64,000 nt of DNA from an uncultured bacterium (lineage in GTDB: Bacteria; Krumholzibacteriota; Krumholzibacteriia; Krumholzibacteriales; Krumholzibacteriaceae), in the NCBI GenBank assembly GCA_963813815.1, contig CAWFAD010000012.1:128001-192000 (forward strand). Reading direction: 5' to 3'. The notes below the pieces were generated by a model. The model saw only the letters and a list, made by a program, of their open reading frames with translations. It was not told where the DNA came from and did not search any database. Below, in pieces: positions 46,185 to 56,220 of this stretch (position 1 is the first letter of the stretch; each line of letters begins with the position of its first letter). A program made the translations under genes and the position numbers.

Positions 46185-47704
46185 ATGCCTCCGAGGGAAT
46201 AGCGTCCCGAGATGACGAGCGATCTCTCTTCCGGCGGGGCGAGCGGCTCATCCCCGAACCGGATAGCGGCCTCCTCGAAGCCCGGCGCGAACGATCCCGC
46301 GGCGACGGTCAGAAGAAATCGTTCGTGCGGCCTCAGATCCAAGCCGACGCTGTACCGGGTCGTGCCGCCTCCGAAGAGGTAGAGCGCGCCTCCCGCGGTG
46401 AGGGTTCCCGTGAGCCTCATCGAGCTTCGGGCGAGGAACGCAACCTCGTTCCCGTCTCCCGCGTCGTCGATCCGCGTCACGAGACTCGTTCGCGCCAGTC
46501 TCGCGTCGCTCGCGATCGAAACGACGAACGACGATCGCTTCCCGTCGGCGGCGAGGATCCTGCCCGAGAGCTCGAGACCGCCCCGGCAGCGCGCCCGCGC
46601 CTCGGCGGCGAGGCGCCGGCCTTCGCCCGTGTCCCGGCGGCCGTTCGACGCGTCTATCGAGAGAAGGGCGTCCCTCTTCAGCGGCCGCCACCACGCGAGC
46701 ACGCTCGCCTCGTCGGTCCCCGGCGCGAGCTCTCCCTGGGGATTCGCGAAGGAGGCGCCGACGAAGCGATAGGCGGGGACGAATCCGGCCGAGCCGAAGC
46801 GCCCCGCTCGAAACGAAAACCCCTCGATCCCGGCGGAGAACGCGTCGTTCTCCGAAAAAACGGCCGACGGGGCGCCGGGCTCGAAGCGCTCGAAATCGAG
46901 ATCGAAAAACGAATCGTCCCGGAGATCGTCCCATCTGCCGCGCCGCGAGCGCGCGAGCTCGGCGACGAGAGCGATTCCGCGCGCCGCGGCTCCGATATCG
47001 ACGCCAACCGTCACGGCGTCCCCGGCGGCGATCGACCGGACCTCGGAGAGAAGGGCCCCAGCCCGGATGCGCCCTCCCCCCGCCGCTTCGATTCGCAGCA
47101 GGCGGAACACGTCGACGCCGCCATGAAAGAGCGGAAGCCCCCCCACCGTCTCCGCCGCCTCCCGATCTCTCGCGGCGCTCTCGATATATTCGATACGCAC
47201 CCGCGGGATCACGCGCGCGACGATCCTCGCGCCCTCCGCCCTCCCCTCGAGCAGCGCCGACTCATCCGAAACGATCTCCATGAGCCGGTGGTTCGTGCGG
47301 AATTGCCGCTCCCGCAGAAACAATCGTCCCTCGATCGCACCCCCGGGCAGAGCGAACGCGGCGTGCCCCTGATCGAGCATGAAGCGATTCTCGAAACCCC
47401 ATCCCGCGAGACGGCGGCCCGAGGCGCCCTTGAGAAACACCGACACGCCTCCCCGGGGGCGCAGCTCGCCCATTGCCGCGAGCCGGTCGGCGAGATGCGA
47501 GGCGGATTCCTCTTCGTTCCACGGGAAGGCGGCTGATGACCGGACGACGTCGAGCCGCGCCGAGTAGACGGCGCCCCAGACGAAGCGCGGCAGAGAATCC
47601 GCGGCGGCCTCGGCGCATCGAGCCGCGGCCGGGAGGCCGCAGAGCGCGAGGCAGGCCGCGACGAGACCGGCCGTCCAGGCGATCCCTCGAGTCCGCATCC
47701 TCAT
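46181..47704 (-). CDS. Hypothetical exported protein, probable outer-membrane beta-barrel
   Basis: Signal peptide (GIAWTAGLVAACLALCG...ARCA), alternating beta-strands and 4-nt overlaps on both sides. Confidence 0.6.
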   Translation of the reverse strand: MRMRTRGIAWTAGLVAACLALCGLPAAARCAEAAADSLPRFVWGAVYSARLDVVRSSAAFPWNEEESASHLADRLAAMGELRPRGGVSVFLKGASGRRLAGWGFENRFMLDQGHAAFALPGGAIEGRLFLRERQFRTNHRLMEIVSDESALLEGRAEGARIVARVIPRVRIEYIESAARDREAAETVGGLPLFHGGVDVFRLLRIEAAGGGRIRAGALLSEVRSIAAGDAVTVGVDIGAAARGIALVAELARSRRGRWDDLRDDSFFDLDFERFEPGAPSAVFSENDAFSAGIEGFSFRAGRFGSAGFVPAYRFVGASFANPQGELAPGTDEASVLAWWRPLKRDALLSIDASNGRRDTGEGRRLAAEARARCRGGLELSGRILAADGKRSSFVVSIASDARLARTSLVTRIDDAGDGNEVAFLARSSMRLTGTLTAGGALYLFGGGTTRYSVGLDLRPHERFLLTVAAGSFAPGFEEAAIRFGDEPLAPPEERSLVISGRYSLGGM

Positions 47705-48621
47705 CGCCAATCTCTCTCCCGCGCCGCGAAGATCACTCCCTCGCAGAAAAGGCTCCACGTGACGCCGTCCGCCCCCTCGTTCGCGAACGAGACACCCGCC
47801 CGCAGCCGGGATCCGGTCCAGCGAAGCCCGCCCGTCGCGTCGCCGTCCGAGAGGCCGAAGATGAGCTCGACCGGCAGAGCCGCGCGGGCGCTCACTCCGA
47901 AATGCCCCTTCGTCTCGCCGCCCACAGCGCTCCGCGCGATCGAAAGCACGATCGTGTTTTCCCAGAAATAGGAGACGCCCCAACGAGCCGTCCTCCCCCA
48001 GCGGAGGGGACCGGCGTCGTCGGCGCCGCGATCGAACAGGTTGCCCGCGGCGTACCCGAACGAGATGGCGGGAAGCGGGCGGACGACGATTCCGAGATCG
48101 GCGCTCGCCGGCGACCACTCGCCGCCGTCCTCGAGCGGCGATGCGGCTCCGCCGGTCCTTCCGGCGACGGCGGCGGCCCCGATCGCGATGTACGATCCCT
48201 GCGTGCCGGCGAGGAGGGTGCGCGCGGCGCCCGCCGCTATGAAATCCTCGCTCGAGAGCGGCCCAGCGAGCCGGTACCAACCGAGGCCGCAGATCGCGGG
48301 CCCGGCGTTTCCGGCTATCGCGAGGCGCGTTTCGCGCGCGTGCGCCTTCGCGGAAGGCTCGGCGTAATCGGCATACGACTCGAGCCCCCCGATCGAAACG
48401 AGACCGGCGGGATTCACGAAGAGCGCGCCGGCGCCCCCCGCGCACGCGACGGTGGCCCCGCCGGCGGCCGTCGAGAGCGCCGCGAGGGCCGCCCGGTCGA
48501 AGCGGGCGAGCGCCGGAGCGGCGTTCGCGAGCGGAATCGACGCGATCGCGCAGAGGAAAATCGCGCCGGAGAGAGGGCGCGATCCGCCGATCCGGCGCCC
48601 GCCCCGGTTTCCGTCAATCAT
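47701..48621 (-). CDS. PorV/PorP-like beta-barrel protein
   Basis: Signal peptide; AAGGATVA...GALFVNPAGL resembles the PorV-family N-terminal motif; DLG..V.P...SFG...NL. Confidence 0.6.
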   Translation of the reverse strand: MIDGNRGGRRIGGSRPLSGAIFLCAIASIPLANAAPALARFDRAALAALSTAAGGATVACAGGAGALFVNPAGLVSIGGLESYADYAEPSAKAHARETRLAIAGNAGPAICGLGWYRLAGPLSSEDFIAAGAARTLLAGTQGSYIAIGAAAVAGRTGGAASPLEDGGEWSPASADLGIVVRPLPAISFGYAAGNLFDRGADDAGPLRWGRTARWGVSYFWENTIVLSIARSAVGGETKGHFGVSARAALPVELIFGLSDGDATGGLRWTGSRLRAGVSFANEGADGVTWSLFCEGVIFAARERDWR

Positions 48622-49101
48622 CCGCCTCATCGATTCGCTTGAGCCCCTCGAGAATGAGGTAATCGAGCTTGACGTCGAGGAGAATGTCCTCGTCCTGCGG
48701 AGCGCAATCCTTCATAAAGAGAAACGATCCCTGCTTCCACGCGAGCACCTCGTACACGACCTCTTTCATGAGCTCGTGAATGGCGGACACGAGCGTGTCG
48801 TGATCGATGAGCTTGCGCGCTATGAGGGTGTTTCCGATGCGTCCGGAATGCTTGGCGTCGGCGTGCTCGCGGAGCACGGCGTTGAGATCCTTGCGTTCGA
48901 TCCAGCCCTTCTCGATCAGGAATTCGCCGAGCTTTTCTTCCGCGAATCGATCGTCGCGCAGATGAGCTCCCCCTTCTTGAAGTAGAAGCTCGCGACGTTC
49001 TCGGGAGTCACGAACTTGAGCTCGCCCGTGATCCGCGCCATATTGGCGATCTGGATGACGAACGCCGGATCCAGTAGCGCTAGGTCCCCGCCGAAATCCA
49101 T
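48614..49101 (-). CDS. DUF4388 (PatA-N-like) domain protein; one-base frameshift at ~48935
   Basis: FGGDL...TGEL...FKKGELI..A joins LGEFL...IGNTL...VLAWKQGSFLF across an A-run lacking one base. Confidence 0.75.
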
Positions 49102-49200
49102 GGCTCCCCCTTCCTGTCCGGAGCGGAGCGCGGCCGTCGAGCCGGGAAACTCGGGCGAGGCCGCGCTCCGCCGCGGTTTCGCACGTTTCGCTTCACCGCG

Positions 49201-51898
49201 TCAAGCCTTCAGCGCGGCCTGGGCGGCCGCGAGAATCGCGACGGGCACGCGGTACGGCGAGCAGCTCACGTAGTCGAGGCCGACGCGGTGGCAGAACGCT
49301 ACCGACGAGGCTCGCCTCCGTGCTCGCCGCAGATCCCCATCTTGAGGCGGGGATTGACGGAACGGCCCTTTTCGACGCCGATCGTGACGAGGTCGCCGAC
49401 GCCGTCCTCGTCGAGCACCTCGAACGGATCGGCCGGCCAGATCCCGTGCTCGAGGTAGCCGTGAGAAAGCTGCCCGTGTCGTCGCGGCAGATGCCGAGCG
49501 CCGTCTGCGTGAGATCGTTCGTGCCGAACGAGCAGAAGTCGGCGACCTCGGCGATCTCATCGGCGCGAATGCAGGCCGCGCGGGGGAGCTCGATCATCGT
49601 GCCGCACAGGTACGCGACGGAGGGCTCCTCGGCGGCGACGCGCTCGGTCAGCTCGCGCAGCCGCGCGAGCTCCTCGCGGAAGCCGACGAGCGGATGCATG
49701 ATCTCGACGAGCGGCGCCTCCCCCGCCCGAGCCTCCACGGCTGCCGCTGCGCGCACGATCGCCCGCACCTGCATCTCGTAGATCTCGGGGAACTGGAGGC
49801 CGAGCCGGCAACCCCGGGTGCCCGAGCATCGGATTCGCCTCGTGGAGCTCGAAGATGCGGTGCCGCATCGCGTCGCTCGTTGCTTCTTCCGGCGAGGGCA
49901 AGAACTCGTGCAACGGCGGGTCGAGGAGGCGAATCGTGACGGGGAAGCCCGCCATCGCCTCGAAGATGCCCTCGAAGTCGGTCTGCTGCACCGGGAGGAG
50001 CTCGGTCGAGCGCCGCGCGCCGCTCGCTCTCGGTCGACGCCAGGATCATCTCCTGCACGATCGGGAGCCGATCGGGCGCCATGAACATGTGCTCGGTGCG
50101 GCAGAGGCCGATCCCCTCGCGCCGAACTCGACCGCCTTGGCGGCATCCTCGGGCGTGTCGGCGTTCGCGCGCACTCGGAGGCGGCTGAACTCGTCGGCCC
50201 AGCCCATGAGCTCGTCGAAATCCCGGTACAGCGCCGAGGCGTCCCCTCGAGGGTCTTGTCGATGATCACCTGGAGCACCTCGGACGGCTTCGTGTCGATC
50301 TTTCCGGCGATCACCTCGCCCGTCATGCCGTCGATCGAGATATGCTCCCCCTCGCCGATGACGCGGCCGCCGACCGTGATCGTGCGTTTCTTGTAATCGA
50401 TGGAAAGATCCTTCGCCCCGACGACGCACACCTTCCCCATCTGACGGGCGACGAGCGCCGCATGAGAGGTGGCGCCCCCCGTGGCGGTGAGAATGCCGGC
50501 CGCGGCGCTCATTCCCCGGATGTCCTCCGGGCTCGTTTCGACGCGCACGAGGATGACTCGCTCACCGCGCCCCGCCCACTCCTCGGCGTCCGCGGCGTTG
50601 AATACGACCTTGCCCGTCGCGGCTCCCGGGCCGGCGTTGATGCCCTTCGCGACGAGCCGTCCTTCCCGGCAGGCCCGATCCTTCCCCGCGGGGTCGAAGA
50701 CGGGCCGCAGAAACTGGTTGAGTTGCTCGGGCTGAATCCGGCGGATCGCCTCCTCCTTCGTGATGAGCCCCTCGCGCACCATGTCGATCGCGATCTTGAT
50801 GGCGGCGAATCCGGTGCGCTTCCCCGATCGCGTCTGGAGAATCCAGAGGCGGCCCTTCTGTATCGTGAACTCGAGGTCCTGCATGTCGGCGTAATGGAGC
50901 TCGAGGGCCCGGCGGACTTCCTCGAGGGCCTCGTAGATCGCGGGCATCTCATCCTCGAGAGAGACGAGGTCGCACTCCCCCTTCTGCCGGCGGTTGATCG
51001 GCTGCGGCGTTCGGATGCCGGCGACGACGTCCTCCCCCTGCGCCTTGATGAGGTACTCGCCGTAGAAAACGTTCTCGCCCGTCGCCGGGTTCCTCGTAAA
51101 GGCGACGCCGGTGCCCGAATCGTCTCCGAGATTGCCGAAGACCATCGCCTGCACGTTCACCGCCGTACCCCACGAGTCGGGTATGCCGTTGAGCCGCCGG
51201 TAGGTCTTGGCGCGATCGTTGTTCCACGAGTTGAACACGGCGCCGATCGCCTTCCAGAGCTGCTCCATGGGATCGGACGGAAACTCCATCCCGAGGGCCG
51301 AGCGAATCATGTCGCGGTAGCGCCGTATGAGATCGACGAGATCGGCGACGCTGAGCTCGACGTCTTTCTCGACGCCGGCCTCGCGCTTCTTCGCGGCGAG
51401 TATCTCCTCGAAGGGATCGTGGTCGTCCTTGTTCGCGGGCTTCAGCCCGAGCACGACGTCGCCGTACATCTGGATGAAGCGCCGGTAGCAGTCGTAGGCG
51501 AACCGCTCGTCCCCCGTGCTGGCGGCCAGCGCCTTGACCGTCTCGTCGTTGAGACCGAGGTTCAGCACCGTGTCCATCATGCCGGGCATGCTGGCGCGCG
51601 CGCCCGAGCGGATCGAGAGAAGCAGCGGATTGCTCTTCGCGCCGAATCGCGCATCCATCTCCTTCTCGACCTTCTTCAGGTTCTCCGCGATCTCGGTCTC
51701 GATCCCCGAAGGGTACGCGCCCCCGTTCAGGTAGAAATGCGTACAGACCTCGGTCGAGATCGTGAAGCCGGCCGGCACCGGGATGCCGAGGTTCGTCATC
51801 TCCGCGAGCCCCGCTCCCTTGCCCCCCAGAAGCTCCTTCATGGAGCGGTTCCCCTCGGCCTTGCCTCCGCCGAAGAAATACACGTGCTTGGCCTTCAC
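49201..51898 (-). pseudogene. ppdK: Pyruvate, phosphate dikinase; multiply frameshifted in the 3' third as assembled (likely artefact)
   Basis: LLGGKGAGLAEM, SMPGMMDTVLNLGLN, GGATSHAA (phospho-His), [16 protein letters not shown] and ICGEHGG motifs across changing frames. AGGAGG RBS before GTG 51898. Confidence 0.92.
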
Positions 51899-51969
51899 GG
51901 AAGACCTCCTATTCGATTTTTTATCAATGGGTTGCACCGATATCGAACGGGCGTTTTTCATGCTGTCAA

Positions 51970-51998
51970 TGTATAGCGCAGCGGGAGAAAAACGGCAA
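51970..51998 (-). promoter_or_regulatory. Putative sigma70 promoter of ppdK
   Basis: TTGCCG-N17-TATACA. Confidence 0.4.
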
Positions 51999-52066
51999 GA
52001 TAATTATGCGCCGCCGACCCTCAGGGCCCCGCCGGCTCCTCGAGCGCTTCCCGCCCCGCGCGTGGG

Positions 52067-53821
52067 TCATTTTACGTGGATCACCTTGAGGCGGGAGCTG
52101 ATCTCGGCCGAAGAGGCGACCAGAAAATAGACGCCGCTCGCCACGCGTCGCCCCGCCTCGTTCGTCCCGTCCCACGAAACGCTCCACGCCTCGCAGGAGG
52201 GCCGCCCGCTCGCCAGCGTCCGCACGAGAGCGCCCCGGCAATCGTACACCCTGACCGTGACCGGCGCGAGCGCCGGCGATACGTACTGCGCGCGCGTCGA
52301 TCCGCTGAAGGGGTTGGGGAACGGGGCGCCCGTCGCGAGCGTGGCCGGCCAGCCGGCGGCGAGCGTCGCGCTCGGCAGGCCGTAGCCGTACGTGTTGTCC
52401 GGAAAACCGCTCCGGGAGGCGGTCGCGCGGAGGACCGATCGCATCTCCACCGGATCCCAGTCCGGATGCAATTCGAGAAGCTGCGCGCAGATCCCCGCGA
52501 CGAGCGGGGCCGCGAAGGACGTTCCGTTGTAGTAACCGAACCCGGTCGTATCGGGATAGGCGACGCTCCGGGCAGGGTATCCCATGGCGACGAAATCGGG
52601 CTTGATGCGCCCGTCCGCCGTCGGCCCGCGGGAGCTGAAGTACGCTATCTCTCCTCCGCAGTCGACGGCGCCCACGGCGATCACGCTGTCCCCGTCGGCC
52701 GGGGCGACGATCCCCCCGGTCCCGAGATTTCCGACCGAGTTCACGACGACGATTCCGTGGGAGACGGCGATATCCGCCGCCCGCGTGCAGAGAGGCGTCT
52801 CGCCGTCGAGATCGGACTGCGCGTACCAGTCCGAGTACCCGAGCGAGCTCGTGACGATATCCGCGCCCGCGCTGTCGGCCCACTCGATGCCGGCGATCCA
52901 GTTATCCTCCTCCCGCACGATCTCTTCATCGATGATCTCGGTTTTGGCGAGAAGGTAGCGCGCTCCCCAGGCGGGGCCGTAGAGATTGCCGTCGCTCCGC
53001 CCCGCGATGACGCCCAGAACGAGCGTGCCATGCCGGTCCTGGTAGAAGGGGTCGCCGGCCTCGTCCGACACATTGGAGTCGCCTTGAACGAAATCCCATC
53101 GCGCCTCGACGCCCACGCCTCCGAGCGCCTCGTGATCGAGACGAAATCCGGAATCGAGAATCGCGACGAGGACGGGACCTCCCCCTCCCGCGGCGCCGGA
53201 CGCGTTGACGCCGTCATCGAGGAGCTCAATGGCCCCGATCTGCTCGAGCTGGCATCGGCTGAGGCCGTAGGGGTCCTCGAGCGCCGGCGCGAGCTCGCCG
53301 GGTAGAACCGGCATGAGAGGCGGCTCGATGCCGGGGTCGCGCGGAACGCTTTCCGAAGCCACGCAATCGATGCGGACGACGAACGGTTCCGCCGCGAGGG
53401 CGGGAAGAGACGAGATCCGCACGTCCGCGCTCACGGCATTGAAGTACCGCGACGCGTGGCGGACACGCTCGACGTGCCCGCGGAGACGATCGACGCAGAG
53501 CGGATCGACGGGAAGGTCGCTTTCATCGCTCGGGGACGCGCCCCGAAGCGCGCGCCGGCCGGCGGCCCTCGACGACATCCGCGGCGCGGCCGAACCCGCC
53601 GGGGCGCCGGATCGATCGCCGAGAAATATCCAGAGGGCCAGTATCTCGTCGGGGGCCGCGGTTTCGAGCCGCGAAAACACGCGAGGCGTCGCGACCCGCG
53701 AGAGCGCCCCGCTGCGCTCCTGCGGCGCGCTCTCCGCGCGCGGGAAAGCGAACGGGAGGATCATTCCCGCGCCCGCGAGGAGGCGGATGAGCCCGTGGAA
53801 TCCCGTCGTGCGATTCTTCAT
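52067..53821 (-). CDS. S8 (subtilisin-like) serine protease with C-terminal FlgD-Ig/T9SS-like domain
   Basis: Catalytic triad motifs ILDSG, HGT and GTSFAAP; PFPNPF...WDGTNEAGRRVASGVY tail. ATGA overlap at 53821. Confidence 0.92.
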   Translation of the reverse strand: MKNRTTGFHGLIRLLAGAGMILPFAFPRAESAPQERSGALSRVATPRVFSRLETAAPDEILALWIFLGDRSGAPAGSAAPRMSSRAAGRRALRGASPSDESDLPVDPLCVDRLRGHVERVRHASRYFNAVSADVRISSLPALAAEPFVVRIDCVASESVPRDPGIEPPLMPVLPGELAPALEDPYGLSRCQLEQIGAIELLDDGVNASGAAGGGGPVLVAILDSGFRLDHEALGGVGVEARWDFVQGDSNVSDEAGDPFYQDRHGTLVLGVIAGRSDGNLYGPAWGARYLLAKTEIIDEEIVREEDNWIAGIEWADSAGADIVTSSLGYSDWYAQSDLDGETPLCTRAADIAVSHGIVVVNSVGNLGTGGIVAPADGDSVIAVGAVDCGGEIAYFSSRGPTADGRIKPDFVAMGYPARSVAYPDTTGFGYYNGTSFAAPLVAGICAQLLELHPDWDPVEMRSVLRATASRSGFPDNTYGYGLPSATLAAGWPATLATGAPFPNPFSGSTRAQYVSPALAPVTVRVYDCRGALVRTLASGRPSCEAWSVSWDGTNEAGRRVASGVYFLVASSAEISSRLKVIHVK

Positions 53822-54732
53822 GCTCGCTTGCGCCGGGTCGATGCGTTCCGGAAACGGCCGATTCGAAGGTACCGGGCGACGTTCGCCCCCGGATCGATCT
53901 TCGGCACGATGAACTTCCGCTCCGTCGTCATGATGACCGTGACCCCCGGGCCGTGGCCGCCGACGACGCACGAAGCGTGCGCGATGACGCCGATCGAAAG
54001 GGCGCCGCCGCGGATCGAGCGGCCGAACCTGCAGTCGGCGTCGCGGATCGCGACGACGTCCCCGAGCCGGAGGCTCTGGAGACCGTAGCGCTGAACGATG
54101 CCGGCGCCCGAAATCTGAACGTCGAAGTCGCCGCTGAAGCTGTGGCGCGATCCCATGCCCGATCCCATGATCGAGGCCGGGATCACGTGCGTGACCGGAA
54201 CGACGAGGTTCCCGTCCCGGGTCACGATCCCCATCGCGCCGAGGAGCCCCGGATCGACGCTCATGACGTGAACGCCCGGATGGCTTTGCAGCCGAAGCCC
54301 CTGCCCGACGGTTCGAATCTGGATGCGATCCCCGATCACGAGCTTGTCGAGCACGGCCGGCGGAAAATCGATGATGACGTGCTCCACCCCGCCGTGCTTT
54401 CCCGTGACCGTTCCCCGTCCGTGGATCGCCTCTCCGCTTACGACGCGCGCCTCGTTGCCGATGCACGTGAGGATGCTGAGCGCCCCGAGGCTCGTGCCGT
54501 CCCGTTCCTTGTCGTCGAGCGTGACGCTCACGCCGGGTTCGATGTGGTCCCCCGCCGCGCAGATCGCCGAATCGCCGACCTTGACGTTATACGTGATGCC
54601 GCCGGTGCCCGGAAGCACGCTGATCGAGCCGCCCGGGTCGACGAGATAGGGGTTCTTGAGCGCGATGCGGGGATGCGATATCGCCCCGAGCACCGCTTTC
54701 ACGACGCAGTCCTTCGCGTTCGTTCTGAGCAT
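53818..54732 (-). CDS. DUF4438 family protein
   Basis: MLRTN...PGTGGITYNVKVGD...DHIEPGVS...GKHGGVEH...MGSG...GHGPGVT. Confidence 0.8.
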   Translation of the reverse strand: MLRTNAKDCVVKAVLGAISHPRIALKNPYLVDPGGSISVLPGTGGITYNVKVGDSAICAAGDHIEPGVSVTLDDKERDGTSLGALSILTCIGNEARVVSGEAIHGRGTVTGKHGGVEHVIIDFPPAVLDKLVIGDRIQIRTVGQGLRLQSHPGVHVMSVDPGLLGAMGIVTRDGNLVVPVTHVIPASIMGSGMGSRHSFSGDFDVQISGAGIVQRYGLQSLRLGDVVAIRDADCRFGRSIRGGALSIGVIAHASCVVGGHGPGVTVIMTTERKFIVPKIDPGANVARYLRIGRFRNASTRRKRA

Positions 54733-54793
54733 CGGTATCCCTTCGCTTCCGGCGTCGCCGCGCGGGGTCTTTCATCGGGGAATTCGAGACGCA

Positions 54794-54822
54794 ATCGTCG
54801 CAGAAACCGGCCCTTCTGTCAA
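54794..54822 (-). promoter_or_regulatory. Putative sigma70 promoter
   Basis: TTGACA-N17-GACGAT upstream of the DUF4438 gene. Confidence 0.5.
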
Positions 54823-54867
54823 GGCGCAAGGCGCCGGCGGGCCATGGCCCGCCGGGCGAAAAAAAGG

Positions 54868-54903
54868 AAAAAAAAGCCGCTTCCGTTTCCGGAAGCGGCT
54901 TTT
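54868..54903 (-). terminator. Intrinsic terminator (possibly bidirectional)
   Basis: AAAAGCCGCTTCCG-TTTC-CGGAAGCGGCTTTT with a long A/T tail. Confidence 0.8.
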
Positions 54904-54922
54904 GATCGCGCTTCGCCGGCGG

Positions 54923-56185
54923 TCACCGGATGACGACGAGGCGCCCGTACATGTCATCGCCCCCGGCCCCCTCCACCCGGTAGATGTACACGCCCGAGCA
55001 CACATCCCCGCCTTCCTTGTTCTTGACGTCCCACGAGACGACGCCGTCGTCGCCGTCCGCGCTCACGTGGCGGTACTCCCAGACCAGATCTCCCGACACC
55101 GTGAAGATCTTGACCTCGGCATCCCCCGGCACGTTGAAGAACTTGATCGTCCCATCCGGGAAATTGTGATAGGAGGGCGACGTTGCGGCGGAGGTGCCCG
55201 TCCGGTACGGATTCGGCACGGCGTATATCCTGTCGACGCTCTCGGGGGCGTCCACCGTCATGACGACCTCGTGGGCGACATCCTCGCACTCGACCGGCTC
55301 GCCGGGGATCTCGGGGGCCTCCGGATCCTCGTCGCAGATGAAATTGTCGGTCTTGTTGAAGAGGAACTTTCCCTTGAAATACCCCTTGTCGAAGCAGCTC
55401 ACGTGGTAATAGTAGGTGAATCCGACGAAAACGTCGTCGTCGACGATCTCGTAATATGGCCGCCCCCCGCCGTCGACCTTCGGCCACTCGAGAAAGTAGA
55501 GCGAGTCGGCTCTCTCGCCGAGGAGGTACGCGTCGTCGCGGGAGAGCTCCGAGATGATCACCATGTGGCTCGGCACCGGCGAGAGGCCGCGCCAGACGTG
55601 GAAGCCTTCGTACGTCTGAAGATCGATCTCGAAGTAAGCGGGGGCTTCATCCCAGGTCGTATCGACGACGCCGTCGCTGAAGCTCAAGCTGATGCCGAGA
55701 TCGAGATCGACTCCGCTCTCGAGTCCCTCGAGCACGAGCGGTATGGGGCTTCCCACCGTATAGTAGAGGGATCCGAGATTGAACTCCTTCGCGTAGGAAT
55801 CGAAGCGATCGACGACCTCGGCGCGCATGCGGATGGACGGCGTGTACGCGACGGTGTCCCGAGTCGCCGCGCCGACGCGCGATATCTTGACGGTGCGATC
55901 GATTACGCCTCCGTAAACGCCGGCGACGCCCACGCGCGACACGGCCGGATCGTTCACGTACCAGTTGCTGAAATCGCGGGAGCCGGATACCGACGCGACG
56001 TCCTCGGCGGGCGGATACCATCTGACGAGGATCGCCGAACCTTCGCGACGAACGTAGACCGAGTCGGGCGGAACGATGGCGAGCCGCATCGTGTCGATCG
56101 CGCTTTGCGCCCAAGCATCGGAGCCGGCGATGGCTATCCCGAGCAGCACGAACGCGAGCACCGTTCCCCGTCGAATACGATTCAC
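54923..56185 (-). CDS. Secreted protein with C-terminal T9SS-like/FlgD-Ig domain
   Basis: AGGAGG RBS before GTG 56185, signal peptide (...AWA), YEGFHVWR, IYAVPNPY...IFTVSGDLV...WDVKN...SGVYIY. Confidence 0.8.
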   Translation of the reverse strand: MNRIRRGTVLAFVLLGIAIAGSDAWAQSAIDTMRLAIVPPDSVYVRREGSAILVRWYPPAEDVASVSGSRDFSNWYVNDPAVSRVGVAGVYGGVIDRTVKISRVGAATRDTVAYTPSIRMRAEVVDRFDSYAKEFNLGSLYYTVGSPIPLVLEGLESGVDLDLGISLSFSDGVVDTTWDEAPAYFEIDLQTYEGFHVWRGLSPVPSHMVIISELSRDDAYLLGERADSLYFLEWPKVDGGGRPYYEIVDDDVFVGFTYYYHVSCFDKGYFKGKFLFNKTDNFICDEDPEAPEIPGEPVECEDVAHEVVMTVDAPESVDRIYAVPNPYRTGTSAATSPSYHNFPDGTIKFFNVPGDAEVKIFTVSGDLVWEYRHVSADGDDGVVSWDVKNKEGGDVCSGVYIYRVEGAGGDDMYGRLVVIR

Positions 56186-56220
56186 CGTGCCTCCTTTTTC
56201 AGCGCCCCCGCCGTGAAACG

